Source of the DNA: Myxococcota bacterium
Lineage (GTDB): Bacteria > Myxococcota_A > Polyangia > Nannocystales > Nannocystaceae
DNA length: 64,000 nucleotides
NCBI GenBank assembly: GCA_039028615.1
Contig: JBCCHT010000046.1
Span: forward strand, 31,192 to 95,191
Direction: 5' to 3'
Part shown: positions 18,775 through 29,098 of the stretch, in pieces
How positions within the stretch are numbered: the first letter of the stretch is position 1
Layout: every line of letters starts with the position of its first letter
Notes under the pieces: model-generated
Databases searched by the model: none
Told to the model about the DNA's origin: nothing
What the model saw: the letters and a program-made list of their open reading frames with translations, nothing else
Translations under genes and position numbers: made by a program

Positions 18775-19221
18775 ATGAGCTACACCAGCCCCACCATCGC
18801 AGCCATCGAGCGCGACCATCTTCGAACGGACATCCCCGAGTTCCGCGCTGGCGATACCGTTCGCGTGCACGCCCGGATCTCCGAGGGCGGCAAAGAGCGC
18901 GTCCAGGTGTTCGAGGGCGTCTGCATCCACCGCAAGCGCGGCGGCGCTCGTGGGTCCTTCACCGTCCGCAAGATGTCCCACAACGTCGGCGTCGAGCGTG
19001 TCTGGCACGTGTCCTCGCCGCTCGTCGTGAAGGTCGAGCTGGTCAACCGCGGTCGTGTTCGTCGCGGCAAGCTCTACTACCTGCGAGCCCTGCGTGGGAA
19101 CGCGGCGCGTATCCGCACCAAGCTGGGCAGCTACGCCTCGGCCGCGCCCAAGGCCAAGAAGGGCAAGGGCAAGGCGGCCGCAGCCGTCACCCAGTCCGCT
19201 CCCGTCGAGCAGTCGAACTAG
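18775..19221 (+). CDS. rplS: 50S ribosomal protein L19
   Basis: [45 protein letters not shown]; Ala/Lys-rich tail. Confidence 0.99.
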   Translation: MSYTSPTIAAIERDHLRTDIPEFRAGDTVRVHARISEGGKERVQVFEGVCIHRKRGGARGSFTVRKMSHNVGVERVWHVSSPLVVKVELVNRGRVRRGKLYYLRALRGNAARIRTKLGSYASAAPKAKKGKGKAAAAVTQSAPVEQSN

Positions 19222-19228
19222 GAGCGTC

Positions 19229-19639
19229 ATGCCCTCGAGCCCACCACGTGGCTCGACGACACATCGGGGCCGCGCAGCTGAAGAAGCTGCCGCGGCTCTC
19301 GTCGTTTCGGCGGGCCTGCGGATCGTCCAGCGCAACTTCAGCGCGGCGGGGGCCGAGCTCGACCTCGTCGCGCTCGAGCACGACGACGCCGACGCGCCGA
19401 CCTATGTGTTCATCGAGGTCCGCAGCCGGGCGTCGAGCGAGCACGGCTCCGCGGTCGAGACCGTCGATCGCCGCAAGCAACGAAGAGTCATCCGAGCCGC
19501 CACCGCGTGGCTGGTGCAGCGCGACCTGTGGGAACGCGTGGAGGTGCGCTTCGACGTCATCGGCGTGGCCTTGGACGAAGACGGCGAGCCACGAGGTACG
19601 CCCCACTGGATCCGCGACGCGTTCCAGGCCGAGGGTTGA
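19229..19639 (+). CDS. yraN: YraN/UPF0102 family protein
   Basis: GRAAEE, RNF..ELDLVA, VFIEVRSR, KQRRV, RFDVI, WIRDAF. Confidence 0.9.
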   Translation: MPSSPPRGSTTHRGRAAEEAAAALVVSAGLRIVQRNFSAAGAELDLVALEHDDADAPTYVFIEVRSRASSEHGSAVETVDRRKQRRVIRAATAWLVQRDLWERVEVRFDVIGVALDEDGEPRGTPHWIRDAFQAEG

Positions 19640-19655
19640 GCCGTCGCGGACAACC

Positions 19656-19698
19656 AAATAAAAAACGGACGTCGTACTCGACGAGCACGACGTCCGTT
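19656..19698 (-). terminator. Intrinsic terminator downstream of the cglC-like gene (possibly bidirectional)
   Basis: AACGGACGTCGT..ACGACGTCCGTT stem with an A tract on its left, which reads as a U tract on the minus strand. Confidence 0.75.
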
Positions 19699-19715
19699 GG
19701 CGGAGATCGTTGCGA

Positions 19716-20336
19716 CTAGGGCTGGCCGCAGGCGTCGGAGGGGTTCTCTCCGTCGCAGCAGCCCTCTTGGGTGCCGGCCGAGCACTTCATGTCGATGTCG
19801 GCGGTCACGCCCAGGTCGTCCTCGCAGACGCAGAGCTTCTGGCAGCAGAAGGTGCCCAGGGTCTGGATGCGAGCGCAGCGGAAGCCTCGCTCACAGGTCG
19901 TGTCGTCGACGACGACCTGCTGGCCGATGCCACCGTCGCGGCAGTCGGAGTCGTCGCTGCATCGCTTCGAGCACATGGAGCGCTCGAGGACGTAGTCGAC
20001 GCGGAGGCGACAAACACCGGCGCTGGAGTCCGGGTTGTTGAAGATGCATTCGAACTTGCCGTCGCCCGCGATGTCGCACTCGTCGTTGGACGTGCAGGGG
20101 TCGGCGCTGGCCTCTTCCTCGTCGGCGTAGACGCACAACAAGTCGTTGCACGCCAGCGCGGGGAAGGTGACGAGCTTGCTATCAGGCGGCTCGACCTGGC
20201 CGTGGTTACAGGGCGCGCCCACGTCACCTCGACCACAGGCTGCCGACGTCAGCAGTGCCGCTGCACCGAGGCCGACCATCGTCCTGGAAACCATGCGCGT
20301 GGAGGAGAGCCGCGACAGAAGCTGGAGTGCAGTCAT
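19716..20336 (-). CDS. cglC: Cys-rich gliding-motility lipoprotein, CglC/GltK-like (start uncertain, 20279-20357)
   Basis: Lipobox SAAC followed by GDVGAPC..VTFPALACNDLLCV, CSKRC and FCCQKLCVC; divergent from gltC. Confidence 0.7.
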   Translation of the reverse strand: MTALQLLSRLSSTRMVSRTMVGLGAAALLTSAACGRGDVGAPCNHGQVEPPDSKLVTFPALACNDLLCVYADEEEASADPCTSNDECDIAGDGKFECIFNNPDSSAGVCRLRVDYVLERSMCSKRCSDDSDCRDGGIGQQVVVDDTTCERGFRCARIQTLGTFCCQKLCVCEDDLGVTADIDMKCSAGTQEGCCDGENPSDACGQP

Positions 20337-21091
20337 CGATTGAACTTTGCGTGGCACGGTGCGTGAAATGGCCGGGGTGCGATTCCGGCGACAGCTGGCG
20401 ATCCGCTACGGACCGCCGTTCATGGCCTCGGCCGGGCACCCGGACCGGGACACGCCGCATCGTACACGGCCCACGCTATCGGTCAAGGATGCGCACGGCG
20501 TTGCGCGGCCGCGATCGCTTCTGATCCCTGTGGTTTGCGTTTCGTCGCATTCGCGGTCGGCGGGGTCGGCCGATCATTCAATGGAGCGAAGCGGGAGGCG
20601 GATCCGTCGCTTCCGTCTTTGGACCCGGGAGGTGGCGGCGCGGGGCCTGAGGGTTCCTTGGACTCTGTCGCCTTCGCGTGAAAATCCCATCACCCCTCAC
20701 GTTGCCTGCGGGACCCGGCGAATGATCTGTAAAGGGCCTCGCGCGGTCGGCCGCTGCTGGAAGATGTGACCTCGATGCGACCTCGGAATCGGAGCCCTTC
20801 GGGAACCCTGGCAGGCCTGCAGCGTGGAAGCAGAGGTAGCGTTCCGACCGCCGAGAGTGCCCGTACTCATGCCCGCCCCAGACCCCATGACGCCGTTACC
20901 GGGCCCTTGCGACCGGCCGTACGGCGCTGGTAAGGTCCAAACCCGTCTAATGCAGGGTTTTCGCCCCCGCAACCCGTCGTCGTCCACCGAGCTCGGGGCT
21001 TCGATGACCATCCACCACGAGCACACGTACTCCGTCGTGTCGGCGTCGCCATCTCGCCGCCGACCGGAGGCATCCTAGGAACCCGGTATCC

Positions 21092-22858
21092 ATGAGCCAG
21101 CGTTTCCGTCGGCGTTTCTCTCTGCTCTCTCTGATCCCCGCTTCGGCGTTGGGACTGTCGCTGCTCGCCGTGCCGGCGAGTGCCGATGCAGCACCTCCTC
21201 CTCCGCCTCCGCCCGGAGGTGAAGCTCCGCCCGCCGCTGCGGCCGGCGCTCCTGCTCCCCCTCCCGCTCCTCCCACCATGGTCGCCCCCGCGGGCTCGCC
21301 CATGGCTCAGGGCGAGGCGGCCTACAAGGCCGAGGACTATGAGGGCGCAGCCATCCAGTTCCACAAGATCGCCGACGGCGAGATTCCGGGCGACGTTCCT
21401 CGCGGTCAGTTCTGGCTCGGCAAGGCGCTGTACAAGCTCGGCTTCTACTCCGCGTCGCTGTCGGTGTTCGACGAGATCGTTCAGGCCGGTCCGTCGCACC
21501 CGTTCCACAAGCTGACGTTGCCGTGGCTGGCGTCGCTGTCCCGCGAGCTGCCCGAGGGCGCCGAGGTACTGCAGAAGGTCGGCACCTATAAGCCGACCGA
21601 CCTCGAGTCCGAGGAGTTCGACGAGGTTCGCGACGAGCTTTACTACCTGCTCGGCCGCTTCTACTACCAAAAGGGTGACCTCGCGCAGGGCATCGCGCTG
21701 CTCGACCAGGTCCCCAAGAACTCGGACTACTACATCCCGGCCAAGTTCTTCCTCGGGGTGGCCTACACCCGCGACTGGAAGGGCGAGCCCGCCGTCGATG
21801 CCTTCAAGGAGGTCCTCCGTCGCTCCATCGCTCTGCGCGAGGCGGCCGAGGCCGACCGCAAGAAGAAAAAGAAGAAGAAGGTCAAGGTCAAGTCCAAGAA
21901 GGGCAAGAAGGGCAAGCGACGCGGCAAGAAGAAGACCAGCGTCGAGCAGTCCTTCGAGGAGGAGATGCGGCAGTACGAGCACCTCGCGGCGCTCGGCCTG
22001 GCCAACATCTTCTACATGGTGGGCAAGTTCGACACGTCCATCAAATACCTCGACAAGATCCCGCTGGACTCCGCGTACTTCCTCCACGCCATTCACTGGG
22101 CCGCCTGGGCCGAGTTCCGCATGGTCGAGGTCGACGAGGAGAACTCCAACCGCCATTACCAGCGCGTGCTCGGCTACGTGCACACGCTCAACGCTCCGTT
22201 CTTCGAGGACTACCTCTACCCGGACGCGCTGAAGCTCAAGGCGGTGACCTACTACTTCAACTGCCGGTACGACTCCGCGAAGCGGACCGTCGACGAGTTC
22301 AATCGTCGGTACCCGCAGACCATGGAGGACCTCAAGGACCTGCTCCAGCAGGCCCCCGAGGACTTCCAGCTGTACGACCTGGCTCTGAAGATCCGCAACG
22401 AGGAATCCGGTCTCGACCCCTTCGTCGAGCAGGTCGCCCTCAAGGCTCTTCAGGACAAGCAGCTCGGCAAGTACTTCGCGTACGTCGAGGAGCTGGAGCG
22501 CGAGATCGCGTTGTTCGAGGACATGTCCGGCGGCTTCAAGAGCGCGGGCGTCGGTGAGCGAGTCACCGAGGACCTCGACCTGGCGATCTCCCAGGCTCGC
22601 GAGGCGACCGGGTCCGAGGCCCGGACCCGCATCACGGGCATGATCAAGGAGATCAAGGACCTCAAGATCGAGATGATCAAGGTCCAGTTCGAGATCCTCG
22701 AGAAGCGCAAGCAGCAAAAAGAGCTCGAAGCGTATCCCGGCAAACCACAAAAGCCGGAGATCGACGCTGAGCACGAGATCTACAAGTACAACGGCGAGTA
22801 CTGGCAGGATGAGCTCGGCTACTACCGGTACAAGGTCACGAGCATCTGCAAAGAGTAA
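21092..22858 (+). CDS. gltC: Gliding-motility periplasmic TPR protein GltC-like
   Basis: Signal peptide, TPR repeats, LHTLNAPFF..YPDALKLKAVTYY..C-like segment, C-terminal YNGEYWQDELGYYRYKVTSIC. Confidence 0.85.
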   Translation: MSQRFRRRFSLLSLIPASALGLSLLAVPASADAAPPPPPPPGGEAPPAAAAGAPAPPPAPPTMVAPAGSPMAQGEAAYKAEDYEGAAIQFHKIADGEIPGDVPRGQFWLGKALYKLGFYSASLSVFDEIVQAGPSHPFHKLTLPWLASLSRELPEGAEVLQKVGTYKPTDLESEEFDEVRDELYYLLGRFYYQKGDLAQGIALLDQVPKNSDYYIPAKFFLGVAYTRDWKGEPAVDAFKEVLRRSIALREAAEADRKKKKKKKVKVKSKKGKKGKRRGKKKTSVEQSFEEEMRQYEHLAALGLANIFYMVGKFDTSIKYLDKIPLDSAYFLHAIHWAAWAEFRMVEVDEENSNRHYQRVLGYVHTLNAPFFEDYLYPDALKLKAVTYYFNCRYDSAKRTVDEFNRRYPQTMEDLKDLLQQAPEDFQLYDLALKIRNEESGLDPFVEQVALKALQDKQLGKYFAYVEELEREIALFEDMSGGFKSAGVGERVTEDLDLAISQAREATGSEARTRITGMIKEIKDLKIEMIKVQFEILEKRKQQKELEAYPGKPQKPEIDAEHEIYKYNGEYWQDELGYYRYKVTSICKE

Positions 22859-22997
22859 CTGAGGCTCGATAAATCAAATTCGGCGGGGGCGGCGCGCGTA
22901 CCCCGCCGAATCTACGAAAACCGGGCTCGGGAGGGCCCGGTGTTTCGATGGGGAAGCAGCGAGGCCGTAGTGCGGCCAAGACAGAGGTGAAAGATCC

Positions 22998-25900
22998 ATG
23001 ACGACGTCCAACAGTCCCAAACCGGTCGGAAGCCGCCGCCGTGTCCGAAGCCTCGGCATCCTAAGCGGAGCGCTCGGCGTGCTCCTGCTGACCGCGCCCA
23101 CGCAAGGCCAAGCCCAGGAAGACAAAGACGCGGTCCGCTACGACCGTAAGTCCGGCAAGGTCAAGACCAAGAACACCCTGGATACGAAGGTCAAGAAGGC
23201 CCAGAAGACCCAGGAAAAAGAGAACGCCAAGCAGCAGAGCACGCTCACGGCCGACGACTTCGCCCGCCGCAAAAAAGCGGTGGCCCGCGAGATCGCCGAC
23301 GAGCAGATCATGATGATGAAGGCGCTGCTCGACGAGTCGGGGACCAGCAGCCCCGAGTATCCCGAGTACCTCTTCCGCTTGGCCGATCTGTTCCTGGACA
23401 AGAAGGGCTACTTCGAGAACCAGGCGGGCGCTCTCTACGAGAAGATCTACGACGCCAAGGAGAAGGGCAAAAAGGCCGAGGCCAAGCAGCTCACTCAGCG
23501 TCAGAAGAAGTTCGAGAACAACGCCAAGAAGGCCTCCGCCGACGCGGTCAAGGTCTACTCGGCGCTCGTCAACAAGGCGGCGTTCTCCAAGTACAAGCGC
23601 ATGGACGAGGCGCTGTACTTCTACGCCTTCGAGCTCGGTCAGCTCGAGCGCGAGTCGGAGATGCAAGAGGCCTATATCCGCCTCATCCGCGAGTACCCGC
23701 AGAGCAAGTACATCCCCAACGCCTACCTGAGCTTTGCCGACTTCTACTACGGCAAAAACCAGATCAAAGAGGCGCTGCAGCTGTACCAGAAGATCGTCGA
23801 CGGCTACCGCGACAGCCCGGTCTACGCCTACGCCCTGTACAAGATGGGCTGGTGCTACCTGAACCCGGTCGGCACGGGCGAGCCCGAGTACGAAAAGAGC
23901 CTCGACAAGTTCGTGGCCACGGTCAAGGCGACCCTCGAGGGCCGCGCGGGCTCCGAGGCGAACGCCAAGCAGCTCCGCCGTGACGCCCGGCGCGACATGG
24001 TCAAGGCCTACGTCCACGCCGCCAAGCCCTCCAAGGCTTGGGACTTCTTCCAGAAGGTCGGCAACGGGCCCAAGAAGGCCGAGAACATGTCTCGGAAGAT
24101 GATGGAGCTGCTCGCTGCCGCCTACTTCGGCGAGGGCATGTACATCGAGTCGACCGCCACCTACAAGCGCCTCCAAGAGGGCTACGACGGTGACGCGATG
24201 GAGTGCACGTGGCAGGCGGCCATCGTCGTCAACGCGCTCGCGACCGACGACAAGGGCATCCAGTGGAAAGAGACCGAGCAGCTCGGCAAGTACTGGAACG
24301 AGTACAAGGACTCCAAGAAGTTCAAGAAGACCACCAAGAAGAAGTGCCGCGACGAGGCTCGCGACACGATGATCCAGATGGCGACCGTCTGGCACGACGA
24401 GGCCGAGAAGACCCGTCGTCCCGACACCTACGCCCTATCCGAGGACGCCTACCGGGCATTCATGGACTTCTTCCCGAAGGACAAGGATGCCTATGAGATG
24501 AACTACTACTACGCCGAGCTGCTGTGGGCTCAGGCGGTCAACAAGTACAACTCGAAGGACCGCAAGGAGCAAGAGGAAGGCCTCTCCAAGTTCCGCACGG
24601 CCCACGAGGAGTTCGTCAAGGTCCTCGAGCGCAAGCCCGACGGCAAGTACACCAGCGACGCCGCCTACGCGCAGATGCTCGCGATGAAGAACCATCTCGA
24701 GTACGACGAGACCGGCGGTCGCGGTCGCGCGTGCAAGATGCAGACGGACGGTACCTGCATCTACCGCGAGAAGAAGAAAAAGAAGAAGAAGGTCAACAAG
24801 GACACCAAGACCGACACGGCCATGGAGTTCCCGGAGACGCCGTACACCGACCGCGAAGAGCAGATGCTCGGGTCGTACGACATCTACCAGAAGTACGTGA
24901 AGAAAAAGGAAGACAAGGAGCTTCCCAAGATTCAGTACCACCGGGCCAAGATCATGATGTCCCACAACAAGTTCGCCGACGCGAAGCCGATCGTGATCGA
25001 GCTGGTGAACAAGTTTGACGGGACCATCTACGCCGCCTGGGCCGGCGCGATGCTCATCGACATGCTGACCATCGCCTGGTCGGACGAGAAGAACACGCCC
25101 GAGCAGACCATCGAGGCCAGCAACGAGCTCGAGAAGTGGGCCATCGCCATCCAGGAGAAGAAGCTCTGGAAGCACAAAGAGTCCGAGTCCGTTCGGACCG
25201 CCGTGCCCACGCTCCTGGCCGGTATCCGCTGGAAAAAGGCCGAGGCCTACCAAGAGATCGGGCGCCAGGGTGACCGCGAAGGCTACGTGATGTGCGGCCA
25301 GGAGTACGCCGACATCTACAACGACTACGAGGAGCACGACCGGGCCGACACCCTGCTGTTCAACGCGGCGCGGTGCTTCGAGGCGGCGTACCTCGTCGGT
25401 AACGCGGTCAAGGCTCGTAACGCCCTGCTCAAGACGTTCCCGGACAGCCAGCACTACCAGCAGACGCTGCGCGAGCTCGGCGAGAACTACCAGGCCATCG
25501 CGTTTTACTCGAACGCGGCCGACCGCTTCGAGCAGTACGCCGACAAGTACAAGAAGGACGAGTACGCCGCGACCGCGCTACAGAACGCGTACCTGTTCCG
25601 CCTGGGCCTCGGTGACGAGGAGAAGGCCGAGGAGAACCTCGGCCTCTACGAGGGTCTGTACAAGCGCAAGGACCCCAAGACCGCCGCGAAGATCTTCTGG
25701 TCGAAGCACGAGCTGCTCGACAGCGACGACAAGAAGATGTCGCACGCCAAGGCGTACATCAAAACCTACGGCAACAAGGGCGGCGTCGACCGTCGCGTGG
25801 TGGCCGAGGCGGCGATCGGCCAGATCCTCTGGCGTCGTTCCTGTGAAAAGGAGCTGCTCTACGATTCGTGCCTGACCGTCAAGCGGAAGAAGGCGACCTC

Positions 25901-26816
25901 GGGCGAGGAGACTCGCAAGAAGGCCGACCGTCTGCGCAAGAAGGGCAAGAAGGGCAAGAAGAAGCCCGACATCCCCAAGTACTGCGGTAGCGCCACGCAG
26001 GGCATCATCACGGTGCACAAGCGTGACTCCAAGCTCGCCGCCGACGCCCAGTCGCGCTTCAACACCGCGATCAAGCTGGCCGGCAAGAAGCCCAAGATCC
26101 CCGACAACGAGAACGATCGGATCGAGGCCTACAAGAACGCCGTCGGCATGTCGATGGTCTACAAGGCCGACCAGAAGTACGAGGAGTATCTCCGGGTCAA
26201 CATTCCCGAGGAGCTCGACTTCTACACCGAGGAGTGGAAGAAGGGCTCCGGCATCCCGCAGTGGGAGCGCCAGTACAAGAAGCAGGAAGAGAAGAAGAAG
26301 GAGTCCGAGAAGCGCTTCAAGGAGTTCTACACTCAGAAGACGACTCTCGGTGGCGAGCTCATCGAGTCCTACGCCAACGTCAAGTCGACCCAGAGCCCGT
26401 TCTGGGTGCTCGCGGCGGCGGCCCGTACCGCGGTCCTCTCGCAGAACTTCGCCGACCAGCTCTACCGCGCCCAGGTGCCCAAGAGCATGAAGACGGAGGA
26501 GATGTACTTCGCGTACTGCGACGCCCTGGCCATCCAGGCCGAAGGCCCCGAGAAGAAGGCGGTCGAGGCGTTCACCTACTGCCTGCAGAAGTCCACCGAG
26601 TTCCAGTTCTTCAACGAGTTCTCGCGCATGTGCGAGGAGGAGCTGCAGCAGCGGAACCCCGAGGACTACCCGGCGACGAACGAGATGTTCGGTACCTCCA
26701 TCTACACCGACAGCCGGCTCGACGTGGTCGGGGTGCAGACGGACCTCGACGGCGACGACAAGGAAGCCGACACCAAGAAGAAAAAGGAAGAGGGCGGCGC
26801 CAAGGCGGGCCTCTAA
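22998..26816 (+). CDS. gltD: Gliding-motility TPR protein GltD/AgmU-like
   Basis: Signal peptide, ~1270 aa of TPRs (YLFRLADL, LIREYPQSKY, YALYKMGWCYLN), C-terminal YCDAL..AVEAFTYCL; synteny before gltE. Confidence 0.82.
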   Translation: MTTSNSPKPVGSRRRVRSLGILSGALGVLLLTAPTQGQAQEDKDAVRYDRKSGKVKTKNTLDTKVKKAQKTQEKENAKQQSTLTADDFARRKKAVAREIADEQIMMMKALLDESGTSSPEYPEYLFRLADLFLDKKGYFENQAGALYEKIYDAKEKGKKAEAKQLTQRQKKFENNAKKASADAVKVYSALVNKAAFSKYKRMDEALYFYAFELGQLERESEMQEAYIRLIREYPQSKYIPNAYLSFADFYYGKNQIKEALQLYQKIVDGYRDSPVYAYALYKMGWCYLNPVGTGEPEYEKSLDKFVATVKATLEGRAGSEANAKQLRRDARRDMVKAYVHAAKPSKAWDFFQKVGNGPKKAENMSRKMMELLAAAYFGEGMYIESTATYKRLQEGYDGDAMECTWQAAIVVNALATDDKGIQWKETEQLGKYWNEYKDSKKFKKTTKKKCRDEARDTMIQMATVWHDEAEKTRRPDTYALSEDAYRAFMDFFPKDKDAYEMNYYYAELLWAQAVNKYNSKDRKEQEEGLSKFRTAHEEFVKVLERKPDGKYTSDAAYAQMLAMKNHLEYDETGGRGRACKMQTDGTCIYREKKKKKKKVNKDTKTDTAMEFPETPYTDREEQMLGSYDIYQKYVKKKEDKELPKIQYHRAKIMMSHNKFADAKPIVIELVNKFDGTIYAAWAGAMLIDMLTIAWSDEKNTPEQTIEASNELEKWAIAIQEKKLWKHKESESVRTAVPTLLAGIRWKKAEAYQEIGRQGDREGYVMCGQEYADIYNDYEEHDRADTLLFNAARCFEAAYLVGNAVKARNALLKTFPDSQHYQQTLRELGENYQAIAFYSNAADRFEQYADKYKKDEYAATALQNAYLFRLGLGDEEKAEENLGLYEGLYKRKDPKTAAKIFWSKHELLDSDDKKMSHAKAYIKTYGNKGGVDRRVVAEAAIGQILWRRSCEKELLYDSCLTVKRKKATSGEETRKKADRLRKKGKKGKKKPDIPKYCGSATQGIITVHKRDSKLAADAQSRFNTAIKLAGKKPKIPDNENDRIEAYKNAVGMSMVYKADQKYEEYLRVNIPEELDFYTEEWKKGSGIPQWERQYKKQEEKKKESEKRFKEFYTQKTTLGGELIESYANVKSTQSPFWVLAAAARTAVLSQNFADQLYRAQVPKSMKTEEMYFAYCDALAIQAEGPEKKAVEAFTYCLQKSTEFQFFNEFSRMCEEELQQRNPEDYPATNEMFGTSIYTDSRLDVVGVQTDLDGDDKEADTKKKKEEGGAKAGL

Positions 26817-26852
26817 GGCAACCGGCAACTCCGACTCGTGAGGCAAACGAAA

Positions 26853-28304
26853 ATGCGCAACATCAATCGCATCATCGGCCTGGCTACCCTCGGACTGGCG
26901 CTCGGCGCCGCCGGTGGCTGTAAGAACAAGAACAAGGGCACCAATGGCCCCGGTGGCGGTGGCGGTGCTCCGCCCTCGGCGGCGCTCGACCCCACCAAGG
27001 CTTCGGCCGAGGCCAAGAAGGACTTCGCCGGAGTGGCGAAGAAGTACGCGGCGGCGAAGGAGAAAGGCCCCTTGTCCAAGGGGCAGTGCGAGACCTTCTC
27101 GAAGGACTTCGAGAAGATCTACAAGAAGCACGGCGAGCAGATGACGGTCGCGTACTTCAACGCGGGCGCCGTCTGGGACGAGTGCGGCGACGACAAGAAG
27201 GCCGAGGAGATCTACCTCAAGGTCACCAAGGCGGTGCCGAAGTACGACCTCTCGTACAACAACCTCGGCGTCATCTACTGGAACCGCAACAAAGAGGAAG
27301 AGGCGCTCAAGTACTTCAAGAAGGCAGTGGAGGCCAACATGGCCACCCGCGCCCCGCGTAACAACCTCGCGGCCGCCCTGCGGAACAAGTACTCGAACAG
27401 CACCGACCAGAAGCTCTTCGACGAGGCCGAGCGAACCCTGCAGCGGGTGCTCGCGGTCGACTCCAGCAACCAGCTGGCGTACGAGAACCTGGCGCGGCTG
27501 TACTACGACCGCGGTCGTCTCAAGGACAAGTCCTACCTCCTCCTCGCCGACCTGGTCATCACCCAGGCCAACACCGTCTTGAAGAAGGACGGAGTCGAGA
27601 GCGCAGACCTGTTCAACCTCAAGGGTCTGCTCTTCATGGAGCACAACGACCAGGTCTCCGCGCTGCGTGCCTTCAAGAAGGCGGCGTCGCTCAAGCCCGA
27701 GCACGCCGACGCGCACATGAACATCGCGCTCATCGCGATTCGGTTCCGTGACTACGGCACCGCCGAGGAGAGCCTGACCATCGCGGTCAAGGACAAGCGC
27801 CAGAAGAAGAACGCCGAGGCGTTCCTCGGGCTGGGCGTCGCCCAGCGTGGCCTTCGCAAGTACCCCGAGGCCGAGAAGTCCTTCAAGAAGGCCATCGACC
27901 TCGCCAAGAGCGATCCCCGGCCGCTATACAACCTCGGAATCCTCTATCACGAGCACATCGCTGCGGCTCAAGAGGACTTCAGCAAAAAGCCCTACGACAC
28001 GGCCAAGGACTACTACAACAAGTTCGTGGCCAAGGCCGGGGGCAAGTCCGACTTTGCCGCGCAGGTCGACGACGCCAAGTCGCGTGTCGCCGCCATCGAT
28101 CAGCTCTTCAAGGACATCGAAGAGATGAAGAAGCTCGAGGCGGAGCAGGAGCGGCTCATGGAGATCGAGCGCAAGCAGCAGGCCGAGGAGAAGAAGCGTC
28201 TTCTCGACCTCGAGGCCAAGGCCCGCGCCGCGGCTTCCGGCGGTGGTGCTCCCGCGGCTGATGCCGGCGGCGGCGAAGAGAAGAAGGAAGAAGAGAAGAA
28301 GTAG
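26853..28304 (+). CDS. gltE: Gliding-motility TPR lipoprotein GltE/AglT-like
   Basis: Lipobox AGGC, tandem TPRs, PLYNLGILY; located between gltD and gltF. Confidence 0.8.
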   Translation: MRNINRIIGLATLGLALGAAGGCKNKNKGTNGPGGGGGAPPSAALDPTKASAEAKKDFAGVAKKYAAAKEKGPLSKGQCETFSKDFEKIYKKHGEQMTVAYFNAGAVWDECGDDKKAEEIYLKVTKAVPKYDLSYNNLGVIYWNRNKEEEALKYFKKAVEANMATRAPRNNLAAALRNKYSNSTDQKLFDEAERTLQRVLAVDSSNQLAYENLARLYYDRGRLKDKSYLLLADLVITQANTVLKKDGVESADLFNLKGLLFMEHNDQVSALRAFKKAASLKPEHADAHMNIALIAIRFRDYGTAEESLTIAVKDKRQKKNAEAFLGLGVAQRGLRKYPEAEKSFKKAIDLAKSDPRPLYNLGILYHEHIAAAQEDFSKKPYDTAKDYYNKFVAKAGGKSDFAAQVDDAKSRVAAIDQLFKDIEEMKKLEAEQERLMEIERKQQAEEKKRLLDLEAKARAAASGGGAPAADAGGGEEKKEEEKK

Positions 28305-28645
28305 TCGACCGGCTTCGGCCGACTTCATCGACACGCGAGGGCGGTCCACCATCGGTGGGTCGCCCTTCGTACGTCGAGCCTCCGTGCGAACGAAGCTTCA
28401 CGCTTCGAGCACTCGGGCGATCTCCCGCTGGATGAAAAGCAGCTCGGTTGGAAGGGTTCGTGCCGTCGCTTGCCTTCGTTGCGTGACGAGGGGTCCAGGT
28501 GCCTCATCGACGTCGGCGGGAACTCTTCGTAGGGGATTTCGTTAGCGCGATCACTGTTTACAAGCCGCTTGTCCGCCGGTAGGATGCCAAACGAGGCTGG
28601 GTAGGATACCTGGCCATTTCAACGCACCTCTAGAGAGGGTCTGTT

Positions 28646-28924
28646 ATGCGCGCAGCAGCCATCTCCTTCGTTTCTGTGATGCTTTTCGCCGGGACGGCCT
28701 ACGCCGAGCCCGAAGCCCCCGCTGGCGACGCCGATTCGGCCGCCTTTTCCGGAGAGGACGGCGGAGTCGCCGTCTACGACTTCGAAGACGACAACGTCGA
28801 CGGTGAAGTCCTTCGGCCCGAGGGCGCGAACCTGTCCTCTCGTCGAAGCCTCAAGCACGCGAGCTTGATCAACATTCGCCCCCACTTCTTGCGGGAGCTC
28901 ATCAACCTCGCCCGCGACGTTTGA
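28646..28924 (+). CDS. gltF: Gliding-motility protein GltF/CglF
   Basis: Signal peptide plus YDFEDDNVDGEVLRPEG..HASLINIRPHF signature; 92 aa; directly before gltG. Confidence 0.9.
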   Translation: MRAAAISFVSVMLFAGTAYAEPEAPAGDADSAAFSGEDGGVAVYDFEDDNVDGEVLRPEGANLSSRRSLKHASLINIRPHFLRELINLARDV

Positions 28925-29098
28925 TGCCGCGCTGGGCCCTCGAGCGGGTGTTCGGCCATCGTGCCGGGCCTCGCTTCACTACGGTCCAGGTAGTGCGAAG
29001 GCTCACGACTTTTTAATTCAACCGATCGACACTTTTCCGGGAACCTCTGTGACCCGGGGATGTCTAGGCCGCACGAACCCAGCCCAGGACGCGCCGCC

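Noticed and set aside
19229..19639. YraN as part of a nuclease defence system
   Set aside because: It sits in its usual position after rplS, with no defence-associated neighbours.
20800..20835. SRP RNA (GAACC..CAGG..GGAAGCAG resemblance)
   Set aside because: It lacks the GNRA tetraloop between CAGG and AGCAG, and the motif is not at the apex of the enclosing stem. Kept only as an unknown structure.
20347..21078. gltA/gltB remnants or small ORFs in the cglC-gltC spacer
   Set aside because: Translations are Arg/Pro/Ser-rich, with no beta-barrel pattern or signal peptide.
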